Source of the DNA: Marsupella aquatica | Lineage: Eukaryota > Plantae > Marchantiophyta | Assembly: GCA_973895155.1 (NCBI GenBank) | Contig: OZ316895.1 | Location: 6,220,687-6,284,686, forward strand | Direction of reading: 5' to 3' | Length of the DNA: 64,000 nt | Shown here: positions 14,241 to 26,769 of the stretch, in pieces | Position numbering within the stretch: position 1 is the first letter of the stretch | Layout of the letters: each line of letters starts with the position of its first letter | The notes under the pieces: model-generated | Databases searched by the model: none | What the model saw: the letters and a program-made list of their open reading frames with translations, nothing else | Told to the model about the DNA's origin: nothing | Made by a program: the position numbers and the translations under genes

Positions 14241-14318
14241 TAAACCTGTGATCTCAAACCATCACAAAAGTAGTGCCAATTCAGAAAAACCTAGTTAAAC
14301 CTGTGATCTCAAACCATC
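14241..14318. repeat. 23-bp direct repeat x2
   Basis: taaacctgtgatctcaaaccatc at 14241 and 14296. Confidence 0.7.
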
Positions 14319-15254
14319 CAAAGTTGATGACCCCATGCAAATTCCAGATAAATGTTACTACAGAAAATATGTAATAAATACACTTTTGTGAGTTCTCTGC
14401 TCTTGTTGATGGAAGCACAAGTAACCAATCGTATCATCCAGCATGATTATAACCCTTCAGGGGTGAGAACACTCACCCAGTAATGAAGACCATGTACCTA
14501 AGTCTTCCCTCATTTAGGGTGGTTGAGTGTTATACTGTTTGCTTGCTTTCTGGTAGTAACCATCAAAGACTAAGGCTTCTCTTTCCAGCACCCTAGGTGT
14601 CATCTTCATGTTCCATGGAGGTGTGCCTTCAAGTTCGGCATGTTATTGAGCAATCCAACAATGAGATTGATGATCTTTGTTCACAATGAGTTTTTGAGAT
14701 CATTGAAAATATGTAAAACTGTGAGGTAGATTATATGCCATCTTTACCGTTCATTTGACCCGCGGCTAAGAGCACCCTTTAAGGTGGTCTAAATGGTGCA
14801 TATGGAGATTTGTCCTCCATGTTACTCTTTCATTGGGAAAGGCTCCACGTAAACATTGCCAGAAGTCCATTGCTATTCTAGATGGTGTATGCACTAGTAG
14901 GCTCAGTCTTTCCCCTTTATTGGGCTTCTGTTGTCCTTTTCATCGGGTCTCCTGCCTTTGGAACCTTTGGAATCCTGCCTCCAGGTTAAACCCTAACATT
15001 TTTATTTGAATGTTTTATGTATACAATTTTGTGGCGTTTTCATAAGAACATTGTCACTATAGGGAGGAGACTTCAGACAATTGTTAAATTCACCATGCAA
15101 GAAACCCCACATGCAAATTTTACTTTATACTTCTTGAAAATGATTGTGAGGCATTACCCTGCACGTGAGCAGGCCTAGCCTGGGGATTTTCAAATTTGAA
15201 CGAGAAAATAAGCCATAAATGCACAGTTTTGCAGGCAAAAGTGAAATGAATGTT

Positions 15255-15403
15255 TCAAAAATTCACTTGGGTTGTACTTTAGGTCACTCATCTCCACTTG
15301 GAGATAATGGGCTGTAACCCAAAAGTGAAGTTATGTATCAAAAATTCACTTGGGGTTTACATTAGGTCACACATCTCAACTTGGAGATAATGGGCTGTAA
15401 CCC
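15255..15403. repeat. Tandem duplication, 83-bp period
   Basis: tcaaaaattcacttggg...acttggagataatgggctgtaaccc twice, just downstream of the GT90-1 stop. Confidence 0.75.
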
Positions 15404-15585
15404 CCTCGAGCTCACCGCCCCTCTTGCCGATGTAACGGTTACCCTACACTTCACCATTTTCCTACTTCCTTTGTGACCTCCAGAAGATACGAAAAGAACT
15501 GAGTGATTGGACAATCAATGTGTGCAGCTTCAACTTGTAAGGCTGAATAGGCCTGTAGTTTGCAGAGAAGCAAGCACATGAAGCA

Positions 15586-18500
15586 CTACCTACCACTGCA
15601 ATTCGTTTCAGACCAATCAGCTTTGGCATTCTCCGGAGCCTCCCAACCAAAATCTCTAAACCCAGCCGGTGGGGTTTCCGGCAAATGGCACAGAGGTGAA
15701 GTCCATGGAATCTGCTTCCTTGATTTTTCCAGTAAGAGTCTCTCGTGAGGTTGAGCCAAACACAGAATGAACTCTTGAGTGACTTCTCGTGCAGTCCGTG
15801 GGACAGCTGGCTTAAATCTCTGCAGATCCGCATACGCTTTGATCATGTGGTACATGTAGTCGTAAACATTATGCATGCCTAATTCGTTACTCACGAATTC
15901 TCGGCCAGCTTCTCCAATCTGGAGTGCCTGTAGTCGACACAGATGGAGCGGGTTAGAAATCTGTACTCTAATCATCTCCCATCACCGATTATAAGTGCAG
16001 TGGAATTACTCGTAAATAAAAGTCTTAAAGGCGTCACAAGGAAATCGGAAAGGATGAAGCAAGAGACTTGCTTTGTGTAAATCTTTCTCGGCCCTCTTCA
16101 CTGCAGTATCAATGGCGCCACAGAGTTGAGGAGCGCAGATTTCTGAGGGACGCACAGGCATGTAATGAACTCCTGGCTCGAGCCCTCGCATGAAAAAGTC
16201 GTAGTAGCCCGGAGAGATTGCCAAAGTCGGAGACCCACATGCCATAATGTACTTGAAGCTAACAGACCATGCAAAGCCTTCAACATAGATCTTGTACCTG
16301 CAAAGAACACGAAGATCAGCGACAAAGCTTAACCAGTACTACTGGAGTTGAGAGAGGAGGTATGTCAGCGAGAATTGGGCAAGTAAAAATAATTCGGTGA
16401 CACGAGCTGCATCCCTCACACATGAAGCACTACAATGTTGCTAATGCACCTATCGAAATGTGTAGCCATCACGTTGGACACAAGACCAAAGATCAAATGA
16501 ATGCGACTTTCCAAAGGCCCAATCAGGCCACGAGTTCCAAGTGAAGCTATCCTCATTCAGCAATGTCTTCAAAAAGGTGAACAATAGGACTTCACGACTT
16601 GAGTGAACATGTTTGGCCATTCAGAGGTCCACGGAAAGATCACCTGTGTTCACATTGATTCTCCAACTTAGAATTCTTCTTTTCAAGGGCAAGTTCTTTG
16701 GTCCAATCCTGTAAAGAAATTCCAGAAGGAAAACGTCAATGAGATGCAAATTTAAGCTACTGCCAGGATTTCTTAAGGTACAAGCACTTGTTTACCATGT
16801 ATCATTAGGTCTATTGTTTACTTAATCACCAACTGAAACTCGAGTTCCGACAGGCTACAAAGAACGGCAACGCAGAAACTCGTGTCCTAACTATTGATGG
16901 ACCACTCTACATCAGGCAACGTCCAATCATCCATTAAGTCTCACCTGATTATATATTGCTGCCCTGGGGGATCTGGTTGCCGAATTGCATTGCATCAGTT
17001 CCATGCGCATTGGAGACCCAACATCAGGATTTCCCCTCCAATACGCCTTCGCAACTTTCGACCTCCAAGGTTTTTTGTCTGCACCCTTGAAAATCTTGGA
17101 ACGTTCTTCATCCCAGGGATCCAGATTCGTTTCAGACCTGTAGAAAAGAAGGCAGAGAAAACCTTAACAGGTCTCACATGAATCTTTATATGAGTGCTGA
17201 ACAAATCACCATAACAGAAGTTAATCTTCTTGGTCATTAACGGCAAAATTTCTACTTTCAAAGCCTTCAGTACCAACGAAAAGATTGTAGTGGAAAAAGC
17301 TCGAACTTACCAACCCCAGAAAGACCAATCCGGCCAAGGGAGATCATAATGCTGACTGTTGCTGCAATAGCGAAACAGAGGGGCTGGACTCCAAAGTGAG
17401 TTTGGCTCTTCTTCTGTCTTTTCAATATGGGGTCGGTCCATGCAATCAAACATCATCTCGACATCCGGAATCGTCCCTTGATACTTCTCTATGAGCATCA
17501 ATAGTCCCCAAACGGTAAATACAGCTCGAGTTTGTACACATGAGTAGTAGAGATCCAAATACAACCTACCCTTAAAAATCACAACCTTAAAGGCAGCATG
17601 GTCCTGCGCCATCTCAATATTGGTAGGTGTGATTCCTGTAAATTTCCAGGGTGCAAGATCCGTTTCTATCCAGTGGAAATAGGAAGGGCACTCGCGTGTA
17701 TCGTTAATTTTGGGCAGCTTGTGGCGTGAGGGCCAAGAGAACCTCGCATAGGAACATTTTAGAAGCGCCAAGGATCTTGCCCATGTTTGTTTGCGAGGAC
17801 GCAACTGGTTGTCATGCAAATGCCATGGAGTTGGCAGTAAGTTGTCCCCAAAAACTGATTTGGCTTCCATAATATTCCGGCTCTGATTGAAGACCTGCAT
17901 TCACAGAGCATTGCACCATATTCACTTCTCGAGATGAGGGGCGGTATTGTATTGATCTCGTCTTGTCTAAATAGAATACTATGGACATCCAGGGGCAGAG
18001 AGGGAAAGACGAAAAAATTCGATCGTGCCATAACACTACAATTGTCGTTCTTGCTTGCTCTTCCTGACTTCAACCATGCACAGGCTGTTGTTTGAGTTGT
18101 TGCCTATGTGCAAGCTCTCCCCAAGCCCCATACGCGTCCTACATCTGCCCCCTCACGTCCAGAGACGACTGCGACCCAAACTCTGGGGAAAATATGAGCC
18201 AGGAAGGCTTGCTGCTACTGCTGCTACTCCTGGGGGCTGACAAGCAAACCTTTCACCTAAAATAGCGAAGTATAAGGCCACCTCTACTCCACCATCTCGA
18301 CATGTGAAGTGACTAGCTTACAACCTCAATGATGCCCGTCATGTCATACTGCGGAATATCAGGTCTCCACGTTTCGAATGACTCACCAAGGCTTGGATTG
18401 TAAATTCTAAACATAGAACCTTGAACATCGATTGATTCTCGCGCGGAAAGATTGACGACATGCTCTGTTTTCCAACTTGAAACAGCAGAAGAAGATGGAG

Positions 18501-18779
18501 CATCTATCAGGTGGACGACCTGGAGGTGAGGGGAGCTACACGATGAGTGGGCCATCAGAGTTCTCGCTCGAAGGGAAATGAAATGTACTAGTCCCCCTCC
18601 CAAGACCAGCATCACAGATTCTCGTCGAAAATTCACAGAAACTGTACCTTGTAGGAGATCTGAAGGACCAGGATGAGAACCAGCAGGAGGACGAACCAAT
18701 ACGCGATGGGAAACCGTCGCGCAGCACGCTTACAACGAAGCACATCCCCCCATCCCGGGGAGCTTCCAGTCTTAGACAT
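15586..18779 (-). CDS. Glycosyltransferase family 90 (CAP10 domain; O-glucosyltransferase Rumi-like) protein, paralog 1, 6 exons
   Basis: Exons (minus strand): 18779-18648 (MSKTG...WFVLLLVLILVLQISYK, type II anchor; alternative ATG at 18794), 17894-17311 (CPSYFHWI, PDVEMMFDCMDRP, PWPDWSFWGW), 17137-16945 (AYWRGNP), 16708-16644, 16297-16072 (YKIYVEGFAWSVSFKYIMACGS), 15927-15586 (VYDYMYHMIKAYA). Phases are consistent. Confidence 0.92.
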
Positions 18780-21578
18780 AACGTTCCACCTCATTGCTCC
18801 CCAAGACTTGCTCTGCGCCTCTCAATCGTCCCGTCGCTGATGCAGCCGCTTCCACAAATGTTCCTCTGCTCCATATCCTTCAATTAACTTCCAAATGCTC
18901 TCTCCTGTATGCTCTAAAGGAGCACTCTACTGTGCAGAAGTCGCCGATGGAGAGCTGCCGATGAGGGCAACCTTTCTCCGCCACTTACGCCAACTTTTGG
19001 TCGACGATCAGGGACCATTGACCCCTACTCCTTCTGCATCATATTTCCTGCGAGGAGGCACCGAATCCAATAGTCCTGCTTGGCAAGAAGTGAAACGAAA
19101 GAATTTAGCTGCCTGTCTCAATCGAAGAGCCAATCCCTATTTGTGCGTACTGTTCATGAGAGAAAAGGCATCCACTGTTGTCTGCTGTGGGACGGGACTA
19201 TTCTCAATCCGGGAAATGGGCGAGCCTCCGTAGATAAGGACCGAATTCTTTCAGCCCGTGAGCTGAACAGAAGCTATTTCATTGAGCGAGATCGGTCTAT
19301 GGAACGGTCACGTCGTCCCTTGAGAGCGAGTCGACGAAACGATTATTGGAAAGGAAATCAAGACAGGAATAGTGAGACAAACCAACGAGTCGAAGAATAT
19401 TGTCTTCTCTGCTGAAGCAAAGAAGTTGACAACTTCCTCCGGGCTTGTGACTTGAGCACACAAGAAGAGTAATTTGAGGCAAGGTTACAAAATTCTGCTC
19501 CCTTTTGGAATTCGAGAAGAAAGAAAGAACAGATCGCTTGGCAGCCTCAGCTTAAATCTCTCTTGACTGAAGATTTTGCCAGTGCCAAGTCACCTCGAGC
19601 ACCTTTTTCTTCGAGAACTCATCGAGTCTTTCGTCGTCTCGATTGACCAACAACAGGCACATAACTACAGCGGAGAGAGACAGCTGTGAGCAATCTATTT
19701 CGCTCCGTGCTGAAATTGTTCCAGAGATTCTCAAAAAACTTATTTTATATCTCGAGGGTAGTAACGGGGTGCAGAGGGACTGTCCATGTACTACTAAGTA
19801 CACCAACCACCTGCAGTGGGAAAACAAATCTTGAAGATTACATCATCATGCGGTGCTGCAGCAAACACAAGGATAGCCACCCTCAGAGCACCTACTGTAC
19901 CAGCTGCCAGGAATTTCTCTCTTCACTCGCATCCTTCCTCGTGTCCATCCACCTCAGCAGCTGTCAGACAGCAACTTCTCTCCTCTCCCTCCGAAATTGG
20001 TTTAAAAAACGCATGTGTGTTGTGTGCTGGATTTCCGACCAGACGGCAGCACAGACAGCAAAGCAAACACCCGTACTTGTCGGAGTATTGCATGTCTACA
20101 TCTCTCATATACTTCAAATCACTCTCTCATCTACACACAAACGTGAAAAGAATGTTTGGTCTTCTCCGGTTGGGCGGGAGGTAGAGAACAGAGCAAAAAA
20201 ATCAGAGACTCCCCTTTGATTTGGTCCCTAAACCCTCCCTGTGTACAGTTTTCAATTCACTATCAATTCTCTTGACAACAGTAACTCTACTGATATACTC
20301 ATGCTGAGACCGATTCAGCAACCTTTTGATCTACGACAACCAGTACAACAGACCAGGGAAGAGCAACCGACCTGACGACTAATTGCATGCCAACGATTCC
20401 CTCTCTCGAAAACTGGGTTCCTGTTTGCTTCCTTGCAAACTACTGTCTGACTCTGAAAACTCATGTACCTCAAAACTAATCAAACTAATTCAAGTATAAG
20501 ATCCACTTGACCAACGCTATGTACCTACTGACCCATGCTGCAGAGCAAGGATTCACAAGAAACGACCTGACTTGTTACCATGATTTCTCCTCCCTCCCTC
20601 CAATCCAGACACGGTACACGTAGTCTACGCTACGTCTACTCGTTCTCTACCAAATTGAACAAAGTCCCACACGATGGCAGAGGTTTTGAGTGCTCCGCCA
20701 GCTGCAGACCAGAAACTAAACCCCTGAACGAATTCAACGTTTCCTCATTCCACCCTTCCTCTGGCACTGTTCAGAGCCCGATGCGGAGGGTTTCTAGATT
20801 CGATAGCTACAATTCACACGGGACATACGGGCCAAGATTTCCAATCCTCTATCCAACTCCATGCAGCAGTAGTAGTAGGAGTAGTAGTAGTGCGCACATA
20901 TCCTCATCGGAGACCAATTCGAGTCTTTTCTCATCTACCCAACAAACACAGGAGAGCTGAGAAGTGATGCGATTCGTACCCTTGTGCACGAAGATGTCAT
21001 TTCTGGTCAAGAATTCTTCATCGCTGCTTCTGCAACTCTTTCATCACCGTCTCCTGTTCGCCGCTACTACTTCTTCCCTTGGATTGTCTCCATCGTTGGG
21101 AATTCCACAGACAAGTGAACAAGTCCAATTCAGTCGACGATATGTTCTCGTTTCTTTATTTTTCCGGGCGGGCATGAAAATTACACCCACTTTAAGGAAT
21201 GGAGAATCATTCTATCTATGGTCTTATCAACTGCACCAGGTACGCAATCACTACGTCAGTGATCAGTGACTTCTTTGCGTTGCAAAGAAGACTTTCGTTC
21301 AATCCGGCTGATGTCTGTTTGGCATCCATTAAAGGCTATTGCACTCCTTATTGGCTTCTTTCCCCACGGGGTGTCCCTTGCTCTATATTGGGCTCAGGCA
21401 TTCACTATCTTTTACTATGTTTTGGCCGGCTGGGGGGGGGGGGGGGGGTTGATGTTAGGGCTTCTAGTCAAATTGCTCTTTGTGTAACTCTTTAAGGTCA
21501 TGTGATGAGCAATTATGGTCCTTGTCCATTGATAGGACTCCACCTGTAAGTTTTAATGCCTCATAACAAAATCTCCTG

Positions 21579-21770
21579 ACTCTGTGCAAAGCTGAGGGTT
21601 GGAAACTTTTTGAAAATACTGACAGAGTGACAGGGTCATTGTGAGCTAATCATAACTAAACACATAACCTGAAAACTCTGTGCAAAGCTGAGGGTTGGAA
21701 ACTGTTTGAAAATACTGACAGAGTGACAGGGTCATTGTGAGCTAATCATAATTAAACACATAAACTGAAA
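21579..21770. repeat. Near-perfect 96-bp tandem duplication
   Basis: actctgtgcaaagctgagggttgg...aaacacataa(c/a)ctgaaa twice, three mismatches. Confidence 0.85.
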
Positions 21771-21887
21771 GTAGGATCAAATATGTATGTATTCCATTAT
21801 GAGCTCACATGTTTCTCCCCTCACATGCAGATCAACATACAATTGTCATGTTCCTCGTAAAGTTCACTGTGTGTCCTTAATACTATA

Positions 21888-22016
21888 CTTTTTTTCCTTT
21901 TTTTAATTTTAAGGGAAATTTGTGAAACCCCACAGAAAGGGAAGAGTGAGCCACAACAGTTGAACCCAAGACCTATCAGTCTCTACTTAAGTGAGCTACC
22001 ACAAAGTCATGCCTCT
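21888..22016 (-). mobile_element. Possible degenerate tRNA-derived SINE
   Basis: On the minus strand: A-box-like tgactttgtggtag, B-box aggtcttgggttcaa (+ strand ttgaacccaagacct at ~21960) and an A-rich tail (T-tract 21888-21910). Confidence 0.3.
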
Positions 22017-22294
22017 TTGGGCTCCTTAATACTCCTTAAACCCTAAACCCTAATAAAACTTATACAGTTCACCCCGGCATTCTCTATCTTTTGGTGGGCG
22101 GAGGTGGTTGATGATAGGGCTTCTAGCCAAATTGCTCTTTGTGACCCTCATATGGAGTTCACCCACGCTTTCACTATTTTTTGACAGGCTGAGGCAGTTG
22201 ATGTTAGGGTTCTAGTCAAATTGCTCTTAGTGACCCTCCTATACAGTTCACCCTGGCTGGAGCTCTACCATGCGAGTCAATTTGTGGCTAAGTG

Positions 22295-22674
22295 GGACAT
22301 TTGCTCTTTTTTGTTGTTTGGCTCATTTTGTTCTTTGAGAGTGTTTGGCTCTTTTTTCTTGTTTGGCAATTAGTTTTCTTGTTTGGCAGTCTGATATGTA
22401 TGTACAAGGAAGGAGTAGTCCAACTTTGGCAGCTCTACAAAAGTGGCGAGTCGTCAATATCTGCATTATATACAAATATGAATAAACATATAACTGCAGA
22501 GGAACAACTATATGCCTTACCCGGAGACATGATCTCAACGGCCAAAAACCCAGTAAAGGGGAAAGCCAAAAGAATGTTTTTGGGAAAAGCCAAGAATTGA
22601 AAAGCCGAAGAGCCAAAAAGCCCAAATTAAAGCCCAAAAGCCCTAAAGCCCAAATGGCAAAAGAGCAAATGTCC
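22295..22674. mobile_element. Foldback/MITE-like element with 16-bp TIR and mirrored subterminal repeats
   Basis: ggacatttgctctttt (22295-22310) / aaaagagcaaatgtcc (22659-22674); left half repeats tttggc, right half repeats gccaaa/gcccaaa; no TSD found. Confidence 0.55.
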
Positions 22675-23553
22675 TATCATCAAACACTGAGACTCCCAAA
22701 GAACAACAAGAGCTAACCATCAGATATTAAGAGCCGAACAAAGAGACAACCCAAAGGCAAAACACCCAATAAAGAGGAGAAACCAAGGGAAAGACCCAAG
22801 ACAACCAAAGAGTCAAAAGCCCACCAGTCCAACAGCAAAAGAACTAAAGCCCTACCAACTACCACACTGAAATGCCCAGTCCTTTTGGGCTCTAATAGAA
22901 CTCCTGGGTTTCGAGAAAAGGAACATAGATTCCTGGATTTGAGAACTAGACTTATTTGAAAGGGATCATGCAGTTTGGACTACTTCGTCCTTGTAATCCA
23001 GTCACATTCCAATATAATCATAGAGCCTGGGTTTCAAGAAAAGGAAAATAGATTTATAGATTAAGCATTAGACTATTAGGACATCCAGATCTACACCCGT
23101 CACATCATTAGAGTTACTCACACTAATTGGAGAGCATAAATGTTTGGGCTCTACCCATGAACTAGTGCCACTCACTAAATGTGTTAAATATTTTAGGACA
23201 CTAATTGTGCATACATGAATCAGTGTTACCTTGAATTGATCTCAAGAGTGGAAGTAAAACTACTCTACTCTGACAAATACACAAGGATTAGTGTGACTGG
23301 ACTAAAGCAAAATTTCAAAATTTAGCCAGCTGTACTGATGAGCTATACTGACAAGTTGACTATAGTGGCTTGAGATGCCCTCCCAAGAAGTTGTTGGCCT
23401 GACTGTCCGGTGTCCTTCCACAGCAGTTTACCTCCTTGCCACCTCCTCCTCATGTACAATCATGTACTTGATTTCCTTTTCAATGAGCATTGTGGATTGT
23501 TGGAGCACGGTTTAGATTTTTTTTTGTTTTTTTTGTTTTTTTTTTTGAGGGTG

Positions 23554-23908
23554 TGTTGAGCATAGACGACAATTGTAATAATAAGCACATGACACATCCA
23601 AAACGCAAGTAGTCGACACAAGAGATATGTGGTTCACCTCCTCAAGGCTACGTCCACGGGAACACACAAGAGAGCTTTATTGAACTCTAAGTCCATCGGT
23701 TATACCAAGTCTCTACAGTTTAAGTTCTCCTCATCTCTCATGTGGCTCCATAACAATGAGCCCTCGAATGAGCCTAAGTTCCACTTATCCAAACAAACAC
23801 CATTTGGCATATAGTGTGCATCCTAGTTAACCTAACCACATCTCCAACTATGGTCAGCCTAACTACGGTTACATGTCGTAACCCTAGACCTTGAGTAAAT
23901 ACCTAACA
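23554..23908 (-). repeat. 3' LTR of Copia A
   Basis: tgttgag...acctaaca; about 28 substitutions and 2 indels vs 55474-55815 (manual count). Confidence 0.95.
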
Positions 23909-24099
23909 ATCTCCCCCTTGACTCTGGTCTAGGGGAGGGTAATACTGCTAACCTATATGATTCCTCAGCGGGAAATTCTGGACAAAAACCAAAATGGTTT
24001 GCCCTCTCTAACTAGAGCAAACCAGAACTAAGCCGTAGCCTATTACTATGAGTGAATAAGAGCATATATCAATAATTACAGCAAATGTTAAAAAAACCC

Positions 24100-25166
24100 C
24101 TACTTGTGACACAATTGCAAAACATACAGCACGTCACGATGTCTAGAGAAACTTTTCAAAGGAATCACTTTGGTAAATGCCTCAACTGGGTTGAGTTTCC
24201 CATCTATCTTGACTAGCTCAAACAAATTATCAAACATAGTCTGCCTGATAAAATGGTACCTGACGTCTATGTGCTTCACTCTATTGTCCATCATTTGGTT
24301 CACAGCAAGGTGGAGCGCACTCTGACTATCACAATGGAGCTTCCAATTCCCCTGTGGCAATCTCATTTCAGTGATAAGTCTATCCAACCAAATCGCTTCC
24401 TTTGCTATTTTCACTGCTGCAATTTACTCTGCTTCTGTAGTAGACTGAGCAATACACTTCTGCAAAGTAGACCTCCAACTTAATATGCATCCACCGCCAA
24501 GTGTGAACACGTACCCTGTTGTTGATCTCCTTCGGTCCAGATCTTGTCCATAGTCAGAATCTATATAGCCAATCAATGATCTAGAATTCTTTGAATTTGC
24601 ATCAAATAAAAGACCATGATCCACGGTACTCTTCAAGTACCTGATAATCCACTTCACTACTTCCCAGTGTACCTTCCATGGATTCGACATGTACCTGCTC
24701 ACCTTGCCCATAGCCATGGCAAGATCAAGTCTAGTGCAAGTCATCAAATATATTAGACTTCCCACTGCCTTATCATAAGGAACCTTTGACATATATCAGC
24801 CCCTTCTCTGTTGCATTTGTGGGACAAAAAATTGATGACAATTTGAAGTGTGTAGCCCGGTGTGTAGCCAAAGGGGTACTTATTGGCTTACTATCCCCAT
24901 GTTGAACCTAACAATTACCTTTCTCGCATAACTACTCTATGTCAACCATAGCTTACCAGTCTCCAAGTCCCTAGTGATCTCCATACCCAAAATCCTCTTA
25001 GCTCGCCCTAGGTCCTTCATCTTAAACTCTGCACTGAGCAGTGCCTTAAGCTTAACAATCTTAGACCTATCCTTGGTCGCAATAAGCATGTGATCCACAT
25101 AAAGTACTAAAACAATGAACCCAAAGACAACATTCTTCACCAATTTCAAATATACACAAGGGTCAA
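24100..25166 (-). pseudogene. Copia A RT (3' part) and RNase H, disrupted
   Basis: FDPCVY, LVLYVDHML, MKDLG, YDKAVGSLIYLM, GYIDSDYG, STTEAE, CDSQSAL, KHIDVRYHF; stops and frameshifts. Confidence 0.92.
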
Positions 25167-25512
25167 AGTGGTGGACCTCGCCACCCAGCGCCCTCACCAA
25201 TCCCAGCACTCATGCCTAAGTGCCCCTGGTGCCCGAACGCCTCCACGGAATACCTCAAGCAAGCACCCTGGTGCCCCTTGCGGCCCCTCCCATACGAAGC
25301 CGGACTTGCTCACCTACACGACCGCCACTCAACGGTCCTCACTATCTATACAAGCAACCAAGCACCTCGGTAAGTAACCCTTCAGGATCTAGAATTTTCC
25401 AAGTCTAGCATCCTACTCAAGCTCAACAGACGTTGGTAAATAGGTCAGCAATAGGTCCTCCCGATGCCATAAGCCGGAACCAGAGCCCACGCCCACTGTC
25501 CGTCCAGGACAG

Positions 25513-25839
25513 TGTTGAGCATAGACGACATTCATAACGGCAAGCCCATGAACCATCCAACGCACAATAGTCGACACAGAGAGATACGTGGTTCACCTCC
25601 ATATGAGGCTATGTCCACGGGAACACACAAGAGCTTTACTGCACTATCAAGCATCCACAACACAAGCTCTCCCTATCTCTCAACTAGCTCCGTAACAATG
25701 AGCATAAGTTCCACTAGGGTCTGGCATCAGCCCTGGCTATATACACAATAGCACTACCGCTAACATTAGCTAAGTCCTAACCCAAGTTAGCCTAACTATA
25801 GTTAGCTCATGAGTCACAAGACTAGAGCAATATCTAACA
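25513..25839 (-). repeat. 3' LTR of Copia C
   Basis: About 13 substitutions and one 17-bp indel vs 39607-39950 (manual count). Confidence 0.95.
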
Positions 25840-26046
25840 AACTCCCCCTTGACTCTTGTCTTGGGGACTGGACTAAATGCTACCATATGGATTCCTCAGC
25901 GGGAAGTTCTAGACAATCATCAAACCAGGTCTCCCCCTAAAAACCACAAGGGTTAACTAAGGGTTAACTAGAACTAAGCTGTAGCCTAACAGGAATAAGT
26001 AATCCATATACAAATAGTCACACATTGTTAAATAACTCTACTTGCA

Positions 26047-26428
26047 CTACAACTGCAAAACCTGCAAAGTAGCACGGTGTCTTGAGAAACTCTCCAAAGG
26101 AATCACTTTGGTAAAAGCATCAACAGGATTGAGTTTTCCATCAATCTTGACTAGCTCAAAAGTTTTATCAGACACTGTTTGCCTGATAAAATGATACCTG
26201 ATATCAATGTGCTTCACCCTGCTATCCATCACCTGGTTAGCAGCCAAGTGAAGAGCACTTTGACTATCACAGTTTAGAGTCATTTTGCCATGCTCTAAAC
26301 CCATCTCCGCGATCAACTTGTCCAACCAAATTTCTTCCTTTGCTGCTTCTGCTGCTGCAACATACTCTGCTTCTGTAGTAGACTGAGATATGCACTTCTG
26401 CAAGGTAGATTTCCAACTGATACATCCT
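26047..26428 (-). pseudogene. Copia C RNase H (C-terminal part)
   Basis: CISWKSTLQKCISQSTTEAEYVAAAEAAKE...CDSQSALHL...KHIDIRYHF. Confidence 0.92.
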
Positions 26429-26769
26429 TGTGATGCCTAGCCAGGAATCACTAGGCCGGTTTACATGGTAAAAGCAGGAGTGTACCCTGGAAACACCTTA
26501 GTATAGTAACAAGACAAGGAAAATATAAACAATTAAGGGTGACTATGGAACCCGGGCCGAGGCCGGAAGTAAGGACGTCGGGGGAGAGAACACGATTAGG
26601 GTTAGGGCGCGCTAAGCGTCGGCGGCTAGGGGTGACCAACGGGAGGGAAGACCAGAGGAGGAGAGGGGTAAGGACCGCTCGCGAGGAATAGTGGCTCATT
26701 TGCAAGCACGAACTGAGCAGACGACTACGGGAGGCCAAATACTATCAACTGCTTAGGCAAGCACTCTGG

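Larger units (their letters stand above)
21397..22257. repeat. Degenerate ~89-bp repeat family, 3-4 copies, interrupted
   Basis: Core gttgatgttagggcttctagtcaaattgctctttgtg near 21448, 22107 and 22197; unit start tatacagttcaccc at 22061, ~22151 and 22240. Confidence 0.65.

Noticed and set aside
18895-21300. Cluster of 60-177 aa ORFs upstream of GT90 paralog 1
   Set aside because: No domain or consistent exon chain; probably 5' UTR, introns and promoter.
22036-22053. aaaccctaaaccctaa as an interstitial telomere (also ~50830)
   Set aside because: Only two units, as in common telo-box motifs.
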